A stretch of DNA of 34,480 nucleotides from Hyphochytrium catenoides. Lineage: Eukaryota > Protista > Hyphochytriomycota. The stretch lies in assembly GCA_900088475.1 (NCBI GenBank), contig FLMG01002422.1:1-34480 (forward strand). The letters are read 5' to 3'. Shown here in pieces: positions 21,971 through 33,708 of this stretch; within the stretch, counting starts at the first letter, position 1; every line of letters starts with the position of its first letter. Under the pieces are notes generated by a model. It was not told the DNA's origin. It searched no databases and saw only the letters and a list, made by a program, of their open reading frames with translations. Position numbers and translations under genes: made by a program.

Positions 21971-23084
21971 CGTAGGCTGTCCTCTCACTATAGAGGCTGC
22001 CCAGCTCTATAAATGACAGTGCAGGACTGAACTCAGCCTATGGAGTAGCAGAGCAAATGCGACAACATAGCTTTCTCGACATTCTATCCTTCCGCGTCCA
22101 AGTGTCTCTCTATTTCACACTAAGGCGACGCCTCTTTTTACAGTGACTCCCGATCACCTTCACAACCACGCACACCCCTTCGTCCACCTATCAAGCAGCC
22201 CACGCCAATCTCTTCATAGCCCTGTCGTTACGCCTGGTCGAGAGGTCCTATAAGAATCAGATGTGCCTTCATGGCAAAGAGGCAGCAGAGCTGCAGACAA
22301 ATCTCCAGATTCCCGCGGCATCGCAGAAAGAAACAAAGATTGCCAGAAGCTGCACAAATCTACCTGATCGTATTCCGCCATCATCGAAATCTACATAGAG
22401 TCTAAAAAGTAATCAATCTAATCCTATTCCTTGAGGTGATTGATTCGATAATCTCAACCGCCAAAGACTTCAGTTACCAATTAGGAAGATGAAGTCAGAA
22501 GTCTTCCATCAGCTGGCATTTCTGATAAAAAGTTTAGCTCCCATCTATGTCGTACTCTGTCTTCCTATAGCGGGATAAAGACATCCTGCCTGTTCATCTC
22601 TGTTGCCTCTTCCTCGCCAAAGTGCCGCAGTTATTGCACTTTCTGCGTTCTCTGTTCTTCCTGTCTTCTTACTGACATAATATATGGAGACTGACCGAGA
22701 GATTCTCATTGTGCCAAGCTTCATGAAGAAGTCAAAGGACGAAGGTTGCCAAGGAAGACGCCGTCTGAGTATAGGAAGCTTACCGCGAAGGAAGGCATAC
22801 AGGCGTCTAGGAGGCGCAATGAGAACTAGTTAGGGGCCGTTTAGAGGAAGACAACTGTGGACAGAAAACGCCCCATATAACTTGTGAGTACTTCCTTCTA
22901 TCCCTGCCTTCCAGGGAAAACCAGTGATGGCTACGCTTTAGCAGAAGAGAGGTTTCTACAAGCTTTGAGAGGTGATTTGCCGAGGACCCCAGCTACGAAG
23001 GAACGGAAAACTCAGGGTATCTCTATCGTATAGTAGTGGAAAGACATGTTGATTGGCGGTTCTTGAAGTCCAGACCATTCCACG

Positions 23085-26000
23085 ATGATAAGAAGGGCTT
23101 CATCAAAACTCCTGCGCAGCCTTAGCGGCCAGAGAAGAGAAGATGACTTTGACGATGACGTCCCGCTCTCAAGTGCGAGGTCAGATATTCAGGACAGTTA
23201 CTATTCTTCCAGAGATTCGGATGAGGGTGTGCAGGCTCCAGATGGGGTGCATGAGCATCCCACGGGGTCGGAAACAGCATCCCGTCAGCTTGTAGGTGGT
23301 GAGCGAAGCAGCGAAGAAGTCTCTTCACGTCTCTCGGGGAAACAAATCATCGAGGCTATTAGCAAGGCAATGACCGTCGATAATAATAAGGAGGAGGGAA
23401 GCGATCAGAGCGATCAGAGCAGCCGCGATGAGGATCTGGTGATGCCGATTCACTTGAAGATAAAGAGGAAACAGAGAAAGTTCCTACATTCTCACTCGCT
23501 CTCTCCTCGTTCTTCACCTTCAGGTCAGACATGCGTAAGAAACTGCTTAGCTGACCAGTGTAGACTCTGGCCGCTGGCCTCTCACTTTTACTGAGTGTGC
23601 TGACCTTACTGCACAGATTAGTCTTCCTACGTTTTCTTCATTTTTCCACCGTCATGGCTTCCCTTAAGAGATTAAATCTCTTCTGACGTCCCGGGTGTCA
23701 CGCTTTCTTGTCTGCCAGCCACTCGCGCAACCCTCCTTCGGTCTTTCAGTCAACCGGATGCCACCGAGCGGTCGATGTATTTTGGGGCAGGAGCTGATTA
23801 CGAAGACACGGAAGAGGATGATGACGAATCTCAGGGACGTGAACAGTTTTACGGTGATGGAGAGGTTGTCAGAGGCTCGGCTGCATCTCCCACCATGACA
23901 CCACGAGGGACGGCAGAGCTGGTGGAGAATGTTCTCAAGCACCCTGTAAGGCTTTCTTCTCAATGGCTTGAAGCTTTTAGGCTGTGATCCCTTCTGCCTC
24001 ATACTTTTCTATGTTCTGCCTCAAACTTTTCTAGGCTCCCTTCGTGTGCTCAGTCTCGTCCTTGCATATGATCTTTGCAGGAGAATGAGAAGAAGTTGAT
24101 GCGAACCTTAACCAACCGTTTTAGCGACAAAGAACTGGAGAGGGCATATCAGAGGGAGAGCACAAGAATTGTTTTTTTCCAGTCAAGAGTATTTGTCGGG
24201 ATTGTCATCACTTCACACTGTCTAATCGCTATAGCGTTTGCCATAACGGATGAGCTCAGCGATGGTAATGAACACGCTCACAAAGTTCTGCTTTCAGCTA
24301 TATGTCCACTTGTTGTTGAGACATTGCACTGGGCTGCGTACATTACCGTCTTCGCTCGCACCTGCTTTCGTTGGGATCTGGACATTTTTTAACCTGCTTT
24401 TTATTTCTTTTGGCCATAGTAGCTAATGAACCCTTACATGTCCGCAACAGCAGTTTAACTTTGATCTTCTTGTTGATGTCGATGCTAAATTTTCGGTCCA
24501 TAGTCGCTATCAGGTTTTTGAACACTCGCCTTGTGTGTCGCTTCTCTCCTTTTTGAACACAGAATCTGGACTCCAGATCCTCTCACGCGGCCTCGATGAC
24601 GCATGGCAATGGCTACAATTTGTTTATTTATTTGTCGGCATCCCGTACGCTGCTTGGCCCGGAGAGGCTAGTCCTTTCAGAACTCATTGGAAATGGTGGT
24701 TGGCAGGTAGGCTCTGCTGTTGGTAGCTCTTGCTGCATAGTTGGACCTATTCGCACTGAGAGCTCTTCACTATATTGTGGCCCTTTGACCCGTTTGTTTT
24801 GCGGTTACTCCAAAGCCTTTGCATTTGTCGTTTGGGCAAATGCCCTATGTCATCCTTGCAATGGGACGATCTTTCTTTGTCCTCTTCATCTCTCTCTCTC
24901 TCTCTTTTTCTCTCTCTGTCTCTCTCTATCCCCTCTCGCTCTGGGTCTGTCTCTCTCTCTCTCTCTGGCTCTTTACTGTGAATGGTAGTTGTTTAAGGCT
25001 AACTATTTTCCTGCTTTACGGGCACTCCTGTAGGTCTTATTTTTCTCTTTAGCGTCGGCCTTCAAATCTGGATTGCACAGCAGTCTCCACAGTCAGCATT
25101 GGCCTTCGAGGAACAGGTTGGAATGATGGAAATAAAGAACTGCTTCGTGAACGTCTCGACGCTGGACTTTATAAAGGGCGAGGAGAATTACCTTGGCGAG
25201 GGGAGAACACTTGCAGAGTTTCTAAAGACACGAGATGAACGGCTGTATGACGCCTACGTTTCAGTTGGCGCAGTTCTGTTGACTGTTATCGGGTAAGCTA
25301 AGCCATTTTCCGGCTAGTTCCGGTCGGGACTGTGTGAGAAGAGGGCCAGCCTGATGATGAAGGATCCTACGCTTTCTTATTTTAGCGGCTTCCTTCTGCG
25401 CCAAAGACTTCTCATAATGCTGTTATCTGGCGTCGTTGCGTTCGACCCTATTGACTCAGCTTACCGGTGGCCTCATCTCCCTTCCCGTCTCAATTGGAAT
25501 CTGTTTGTGGCGATAGGGTAACCCTGGCAGTGGCTATGCGCTTGGATTTCGTCCAAGTCCTATTTGTAGGAGTGTGCAGTTCTTTGGTGCTAGGCGTCGT
25601 TCTTGTCCTTACGCAGAGTACCAAGGAGCCAGTAATCTTGGTTCCGGATTCGGTCCCGTCCATCCTACTTTGCCTTGCCTCCTACCTTTCAGAGAGGAGC
25701 TCTAGAAGACTATTTCTCAGTAAAATTGCGCTGCAGTGTGAAAATGAAGAGGTGGGCATTTTCCTAACTCTACGACCGTTCCCGTCCGTCTTAGTCCTAG
25801 TGGTGGCTGTGAGCATGGCTTGGCTCTACTAAAGCTGTGAGGAGTAGATGTGGCCTTCATCTACTCTTGATCTTTGAGCATGCCTCTTAATGACTAAACT
25901 TCTCGCATTCCAATTTGGCTTATTACTCGCGGCTGTAGCTGCAAGAGAACCTGAACAAGGCGGAAGCAGCTTTGGCGAATGATGAAGCTCTACCGTCGGA

Positions 26001-28033
26001 AGAAGCGGCAGTAAAGAATGTTTTGATGAGGTTGGAAGGCCGAAGTGTGACCGTCCTTCAACATTCAAATAACCCTTCTTACATTCTCTACGACTAACGT
26101 TGTCCCTAAACGAGTTCCTACCTAGTCCCTTTACGTATATCCGATCTTTATACTCAATGCTTGTCTCTTTCTGCCATACCTCCATACGTTATGTGCTGTT
26201 CTCACATATCTGGGTCTCGTTTATCCGTTAGCAAAGAAGCGAGGTATCTGTCGTCCATCCGGATTAACTTTAGCGAGCTCAAGTTGCTCACAGTTATTGG
26301 CCGAGGGGGAATGGGCGAGGTTATTAAGGCTGAATACTTAGGGACCGTGGTGTGCGTCAAGAGACTACGACGAGACCTCATCACCCCGCAAAGTTTGCTA
26401 GAGTTCAGAGGCGAGATAGAACTCATGTCCTCCCTCAGGCACCCCAATATTGTGCAGGTAAGACACAGGGGCTACTTATACGAGTGCTTAAGTGTCAACT
26501 CGCTGTTTTATATATTGAGCTTACTAGAAATTGCGTTGCTGCGGCCACAGCGTAGCCTAACTCAGTTCTGACAAATGTCCCGCTGTTCGCTCCACATGTG
26601 CACCCTACCCTCATTAGTTTATTGGTGCGAGTTGGGATAATCCTAGTAACGTTTGTATGGTTATGGAGTTCATGGAAACCGGTGACGTACACTCTGTACT
26701 CCACACGCCGAACCTAAAGCTTTCATGGGCAGACCCACTGCTCAAAATAGGTAAGAAGCATGTCATCTGTCTTTAACTCATCGACTTATATTCTCCTCTG
26801 GCCATTTACTTGTTCTATCTGGAGCTACGATCCTTTCTTTACCTATAATGTAGTGGTATAGGCCTTTCTTGCTTGTCCCTCCCAGTGACTGAGCCATCGC
26901 CTTGCATTCTTTAGCTGTGGATGCAGCCCAGGGGATGCTATACCTGCACACAAATGATCCTCCAATTATACACCGAGACCTAAAGAGTGTCAACCTGCTC
27001 TGCTCCGGGACCTACGGCTGCAAGGTGACAGACTTTGGGCTTAGCCGCAAGCTTCAATCAGACCTCAAGACCGTAGTAGGAACGCCCTTCTGGCTGGCAC
27101 CGGAGGTAAGCACAGCGGCATCTTGAACACTGTCAATTCGACGGTATTGCCTTGATTAAACCCGATCGTGTTCGCCGTCGCGCCACTATCTCCGACCCGC
27201 CTTGGTCTTAGCAACTCGCTGCAACTAGTTCTGGTCATGCAAGTGCTGTGCTTGTTATCCCTAAATTTCAGTGCTCATTTCTTCCTGTCATCTTTGCAAG
27301 GTTATCCGCAATGAGAGCTACACTATCAAGGCAGATGTCTATTCCTTTGGCATTGTGCTGTATGAGCTGGAGGTGAGTGGGTTGATACCCCCTAGCGCCT
27401 CAAATCTCCTCAGCTGTCGATCTTCGTACTTCTTATGCATCGGAGACTAGACGCGATTGCTTGCTTACGGTCATCTTGATCCTACCTAGACCCGCAAGAA
27501 CCCGTATTATGAACATAAGAAGGAGGGCAAGAAAGATGGGGTACACTTACTGGTTGCTATCGCACACCGTGGCCTTCGCCCTTCGCTTCCCGAGACTACT
27601 CTGCCGAGGTTAAGGAAGCTGATTGAAGATTGCTGGCAGGTGAGCTGCCGATACGACTCTGCTATTCACCTATCTCCTTTCTTGTGTTCACGTTAACACT
27701 CTGTTACCTTACCGGCTTAGTCTAACTTCTCATCTCTTCCAGAATGATCCACAAGGCCGGCCCACGATGTCGGAAGTTCTCATGCGACTTCAGGGCGAGA
27801 TCCGTCTGGAGATCAGTAATGAGACAGACAGATTCGTGAGTGAACGAAGGGCTGTACTACAGAGACGGTTGCGCGGTCTGGAAAGCGACTACCTTTCCCG
27901 CGCGTCTTCCTTTATGTCGGCATTGGACGGTCTCAGTTACAACGACGACAGAGGGACGCTACAGGGACATGCTAACAATACTTTCGAAGATTCGCAAAGC
28001 AGCCTTGTAAAAAGCGTCCGCTTCAGAGTTTGA
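23085..28033 (+). CDS. Multi-pass membrane TKL (Raf/MAP3K-like) protein kinase with adenylyl-cyclase-like 6TM module
   Basis: Exons approx. 23085-23523, 23719-23945, 24081-24264, 24563-24706, 25034-25292, 25386-(about 25420 or 25439), 25517-25751, 25939-26030, 26232-26457, 26618-26750, 26915-27105, 27301-27372, 27490-27639, 27743-28033. Complete catalytic motifs: [66 protein letters not shown]. Confidence 0.9.
24888..24966. repeat. Intronic (CT)n tract
   Basis: Directly visible inside kinase intron 24707..25033. Confidence 0.9.
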
Positions 28034-28843
28034 CCTGAGAAAGGAGCACACACCAGCTTATTTATGGATCGAGAGCTTATTTCTTGTGACGAGTCTATAT
28101 TTATTTGTTAGTGGGCAGGGTATTGCGCCCGTGCTCACTTTCGCAGAGCTAGCAGTAGCCACTCAGGCCTGTCCGCTGACAATTATCGCCAGTTATTATC
28201 CACCCGTAATCCTTCATAATTGCTTAGAGTACTGCATGTTTCCTTGTTCTTCCTTGTGAGTATAGCTTTGTGAGCTAACCGTAACCTAATATCAATGAGG
28301 GAAGATCTGGCTTGTCAATGTAGCAATGACGGTACGAGACAACATGGCTGATACACGATACGCGCTCCAAGGAGGGGAAAGATGGTGATAGTGGGCTACT
28401 GCCTGATAGAAAAAGGGCCTCCCAGGTACGTATCGCTTTGTTAGCACTTGCTGATGGGTCGATGGTAGCACCATGGAGTATGGAAGTCTTACTGAGGTCA
28501 TTACTACCTGCTTTTCAATCTATTTATGAATCATAGGAGAAGTATCGCGATGGGGGTTGTTTCTATTTTGTGCTAGGCAGAAAGATTATCAATCTGGCGC
28601 GGGCGTGCATCAAGCTGGCGTCGGCGTGCTCGATGATGAAGTCTCTGTAAACTTTTGTCCAACAGACAGAAGTCAATGACTCCTTGTCGCTCTTTCTTCT
28701 CTCTCTTTACGAACCCAACCATAAACGCTTCATGGGACGCAGGAAAGTGCTGGAGCGGGCAGGATGGCAGTAGACTATTGATCTGACGGTTATAGATGAT
28801 GACTACGTGTAGAAAGGCATGATAAGAATGGCGATCAATAGAT

Positions 28844-29038
28844 CTACTTCTCCAGACCCACGGCTGCCTCCTCCAAGCCAAACATTGACGCCAAGCATCT
28901 GGAATGACCTGCTGCTGGTGGCCACCATAGAAAGAGACCTAACTTCACCATGGAGTTTCTGTATCCATCCCTAGAGGAGCGAGCAACCGTGTTGGCTCTG
29001 ATAGAGGCCACTTGAAGCTCTGGTTCTGATAGGTCCAT
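28844..29038 (-). mobile_element. Possible 5' fragment of a Crypton-like (tyrosine-recombinase) transposon ORF, frameshifted and truncated
   Basis: IRANTVARSSRDGYRNSMVKLGLFLW followed, after a frameshift, by HQQQVIPDAWRQCL. Resembles the N-terminal 'T/S-R-xx-Y' core-binding helix of tyrosine-recombinase proteins. No catalytic domain visible. Confidence 0.35.
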
Positions 29039-29339
29039 CGCTTTCTTAGTCTAATTGCTCAGGACAGAGGTCCAGAAAAGTAAAGGGAAAGTGGATGAAC
29101 GAGACAGAGATTGAAAGTGGAACCCCATTGGCAGGATCACACAAGCCGCCGAACTCCCTATCGGGAAATCATCAGGTCTGTGTCCTGAAAGTGTCCGTAG
29201 AATTGCAAGTTCCATCATGAGAATTTCGGAGAATAGATTTTCCACACAACAATAGTTTATAGTAAAAACATAAAAATCGCATAAAATAATATGAAAGGAA
29301 GGCGGCAGTAAGAAACTCCAAAAAACATCAACAGATTAC

Positions 29340-29901
29340 GTGTTTTGGGTTATCAGGAGCACTTGTGTTCGGACAGGACAGAATGGGACCAATCCTGGAT
29401 AGGAAAACGAACCTATCACAATCCTTATTTTAGAGGATGTCCCAGAATTAGATTGCGAAAATGTAGGGATACCGACAGAACGTGAAGGCGGTTTTATGCT
29501 TCATTTATGAAATAAAGTGTAAGATATTTTGAATCCAGGCGCCAACTTGTCGCCCTTCAGGCCTTCTTCCATGACTTTCCAAAGCATCCACTCAGGAAGG
29601 CCCTTTAGCCGATGGGTGGGTGGGAGGAGGGTGACTCCCCCTTTTTCCTTCTTCGCCAGGAGGTGTGAAGTGCGAACGGTTGTTCCTTTCCAATAATATA
29701 GGAGGTCGTTCCCAGAATGCTTGTCGCTTGTCGCACACCTGGCCGACATTCTGCTAGGTAATCAATCTTCTTGGTAACCACAGGAACATTCGAAAGTTGT
29801 GGGCCTTGCCTAGAAACCCCTACATAGTTGGGATGGGTGGGCACCCCTTCTTGTTCCTCCCTCCACCTTCCCTTCCTTGCACTTGGAGAAGGTTCAAGCA
29901 A
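29340..29901 (-). mobile_element. Degenerate L1/Tx1-like non-LTR retrotransposon ORF2 3' fragment
   Basis: LLYYWKGTTVRTSHLLAKKEKGGVTLLPP..RLKGL..WMLWKVM matches the post-RT 'FxW...l..pK.eGGLgl...W.w+' signature. Disrupted Cys/His remnants lie downstream, followed by a T-rich tail region (29340..29250). Confidence 0.55.
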
Positions 29902-30934
29902 AGCAATTTTCCATTTTGATTGTTGAAATCATCAGGGGCGGATGAGGATCAGATATGAAGAGAAATAATTCTCCTATGCACCGTGCAAAGGGAGGTTTAG
30001 GATAAGGTCAGCCGGTAAATTAGCCAAAAAGTGCTCCCGCAGTATCTACTGTAGGTTTTTTTGCCTCGGTTATTATCAGAGAGAGTTTGGAGGAAAAAAG
30101 CAACGAGGAAGAGCGGTGGCAGAGATAGACTGTAGAAGGAGAACAAAGCTATTGTGTAACGTGACAGAGGTCAGAAGAAAGGTAAATGGAATGCTAGTGA
30201 ACATCAACGCGACAGACAGAGGAAGATAGAGAGACAGCCCCCAAGAACAACGTGTCGAGACAGCGTAATGTTCCTTAGCCTTTCACTGTATATGAACGGG
30301 TCGGGACGGATGCGAGGATGACGCGGAAGTGAGACAGAGGTCCGTAGAGATGCGTTAGGTGGGGTTAAGAAAGACCAGCAGAAGAGAAGAGAGACGAAGA
30401 AAAGGAGTAGAGACAGCACCAGTCACTCTATGGTTTGCCGTGCCTAGAAAGGCGCCAGTCAGCCACATCTGCCACTTCGCGCTCTTTCTCTTCACCTTCT
30501 TCTATGCCCTTCATTGCCATTTCTCTTCATCCTCAGACTGCAGCTCGTCCATTTCTTCGGATTGACGAACGCGTTAGCTGGTGCTCTGCCCTGGGGCATT
30601 TAGTGGTGAAGGGCTCCGCGAAGTCTGCAAACAGCTAAGACTTAAGGCAAGATCTTCTGTCGAGTAGGCTAACTGATCCTCTTTCGTCACTGGAGTTTCC
30701 TTGTGGCAAAAGGTTCTCCGAAGTCTTCAGCAGACCAAGCGTCGTACTCTCTTGAGAGTCCGCTCTTTCTTTGTCTCTTACCCAACAGTCGCCGGTCAGT
30801 CCCCTTTAAGTGGGCGGGGCTGCGTCAATCGTTTCTTTCTCCATCTTGGTCCCAGCTTATTGGGCTAAAAGCTGGGTATTTGGATGCCTCCGTGGCGAGA
30901 TAGTTCTCGTTTGCAAAGTTTTTAGGGGTGTATT

Positions 30935-33115
30935 ATGGACTCCAATATGCTGCAGAAACCTGGAGCGCCAGCCGCCAAGTCTCAAACGAACTGGAACATG
31001 CTGGGTAGTGGCTGGGATCCTATTAATCTAAATCTTCTTGAGGGCACAGAGAGACGACCCGTACCATCTCCTGCTGGTTGGAGTCAACAGCAGGCCTCAG
31101 GAGTCGTTCCACCTGGTGCGGTGGCTCCGTTGGGGAAGGAGTTGTTTCTTAGCGAAATAGAGGTAAGATAATCTATATATGAACAGACAGCGGTAGCTAC
31201 CGAGTGGCTCGCCCTATTGTTTTTGGGCTTGAGCTTTGGGCGTTACTTTTGGAGTCCTTATCAACACTAGATCTGCATCGATGATCTGATCGTTGCTTCC
31301 CCTTTACACTTGTATCTATGTAGAATTTTTTCACTGATGACGTGGCCTCTGCGCTTCAAGTGGCGGCCGATGATGCCATGAATGCCAACGCGACACAGCT
31401 CCAACTATCTGTCGTCGATCTCTCCCCTTTGGACGGGCTTGGTGGGGTGCCGCCACCTGCATGGCGAGCACAGGACCAGGGTGTAGGACCAGCGACTCAA
31501 GTTCACCTAATGGATCAGTTGAACCGCACGTTGCTTGAAGGGCTACAGCAGACGTTGCAGACGAGCGGAGGTGAGCCTAATTTCTTCGCCGTTATACAGG
31601 GTTTATTGTTGCTTGACAAGGTTTGAAGACGATAAAGAAGTAGTATCATGGGGATTATGAAGCAAGAGAGACAATTGATAGGGAAGCATCAGAGCACCGA
31701 TGCATGACGATTTGGGAAGTTAGAACTCATGTTGGACTAGAACTAACTGCCGTCCCCTCTATAGGTGCCCTTGGAAATCGAGCTAAGCAAAGTTCGAGTT
31801 CAGTGTCAACAGCTACGAATGTGACGGCCTCTGCAAATAAGAAACAGGGTAAGGTGCCGGCCAAATCCACGCCACAGGTCCAGGGCAAGCCTCCACGAGT
31901 TAAGGAGAAGCCGGCTACGATCCCCGCGAGAAGTACGATGCTGTTGGAGAGGACCGTTCCTGCCAAGCGTGACTTTTTTGGAAGAATGGTCAGCACGACG
32001 AGCGAGGAGGCAGATAGTCCGCGAGAGTCGATGTCTGAGGACTCTGAAGAGAACAAGAAAATGTGAGCGAGAAACTTCTTCTTCTTGTCCACTTCCCATT
32101 ACAACGCCCTTGGTCTTATCTCGCTGACTTAACTCTATCAACAGGACCAAGCGAGAGAAGAACATTCTGGCGTGCAGAAAAGCGCGCCGAAAGAGAAGAG
32201 AGAAGATGGCAAGCATGGAAGAGCGCCTCCGAGAACTGGAGGCCAAGAATAGCGCCTTAGAAAAAAGGCTACGTGTCACATCGCTTCCTACCGATAACTT
32301 GCCAGCAGATTTTGTCGAGAAGCAGGACTTTGACTCGGTGAAGGAGGACCGTATTGCGGTGATAACAGGTATTTATAGGGCCATGAATGATGGCAAGCTG
32401 GAAACAGAACAGCATAACTTCCATCCAAACTGCGTGATGGTCAAACCTATGGAGGAGCTTATTGGGGCTCAGAGCATGTGGAGAAGTTGGTAAGTGGAAA
32501 CGGTTGGTTCTTCACTGTCATGATTGGCACACAAAGTGTTTGAGCTTTGCTTTACCTCTTTTCTCTCTACGCCCTAAGCGGAGGCTTATCTTAGTTTGTC
32601 AGCCAGTGCGCGTTGCGAGGCCAACTTTCCTGTCGTTAGTGGTATAATGACGATACTGACAGCGCTTCTCGGTTCGCAGGAGTGCGCTGCGGCAGCGGTT
32701 TGCCAGTATGCATTGGGAAATTCTGAAGATTGATCCACTGGACTTGAGAGGCGATCAGATACGGACGGAGTGGGTCTTCCATGGTCTACTCAAGGGAGAT
32801 GTGTCAACCATTGATGAGCTGGCAAGGGTCAAGAGAGAAGACCTGAAGAGGGTCTTTGAGATGGAGGAAAATTCCGCTCCTTCGTCATCACTCTTTGTCG
32901 TACCTCCCAAATCTCCAAAGTCAGGCTCCAAACTGACTGCGATAGAGTTCCAAGGACGGTCTTACTATATCTTCACGGCAGACAATCGCCTCGTCTTTGT
33001 CAATCACAACTTTGTCCGCGCCCCAACGTTCAGGCGCATGGGGGCTCCAGAGGATAGCGCAGCGCTGGAGGCAGGCCCTGTAAGTGGAATATCAACTTCC
33101 CTTGTGGCCCGTTAG
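30935..33115 (+). CDS. bZIP transcription factor with C-terminal SnoaL/NTF2-like domain
   Basis: Exons 30935-31162, 31324-31570, 31765-32062, 32145-32489, 32680-33115, all GT-AG and frame-consistent. Basic region KREKNILACRKARRKRREK (N-x7-R) followed by zipper MEERLRELEAKNSALEKRL. C-terminal IYRAMNDGKLETEQHNFHPNCVM..IGAQSMWRSWSALRQRFASMHWEI..GDQIRTEWVFHG..IEFQGRSYYIFTADNRLVFV. Confidence 0.85.
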
Positions 33116-33479
33116 TTCTTCAAGGACGCTAAGAGGAGCCTGAAGAAGAGCAGTGATCATGTATATAAGAAGATAATTATTGTGACTACGCTAGACTCTC
33201 CCAGGGCCCATCCCTAAGTCTATATATGACGCTTATGCTTGTTGGAGCAGTAGCATACCCTCTTCCTTGTTAATCGGAGAAAGTGGCGAACGAGAGATTT
33301 CTGACGATGAAGCTAAGGTAGCTTCGACAATTCAAGCTGATTAAAGAGCTATCTATCTATGAAACGCAAATTGATTGGAGAGGACTTCTAATCACATTGC
33401 CTGACCCTGTGCCCAAGACATGTCGACTTCTAGCAATCTCAACAGCCAACCACTAGCAATAGTTCTACGAATGTCGTCG

Positions 33480-33525
33480 TCAATATTATCACTATTGGCA
33501 TCTCAATATTATCACTATTGGCATC
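33480..33525. repeat. Perfect 23-bp tandem duplication
   Basis: tcaatattatcactattggcatc twice in succession. Confidence 0.95.
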
Positions 33526-33708
33526 ACAATCATCCCTATCATCTCCAACATCAAACCGGTCACCATTGTGAAAACGAGTGCTCGCGAATGGGCTTTACTT
33601 AACCCATGAGCGCAATTGAACAGCTCCGGCCTATGAAAATCTAATGGATAGGACTTTGGACTGCCTCTCACTGATTGCAATCATAACGCCTCTCGCTGTC
33701 TTGTAGAA

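Noticed and set aside
22684-22833. 49-codon upstream ORF before the kinase
   Set aside because: No recognisable motif and the TSS is unknown; could be chance.
30410-30560. Charged peptide on the minus strand (MDELQSEDEEKWQ...)
   Set aside because: Too short, two plausible frames, purine-rich composition explains it.
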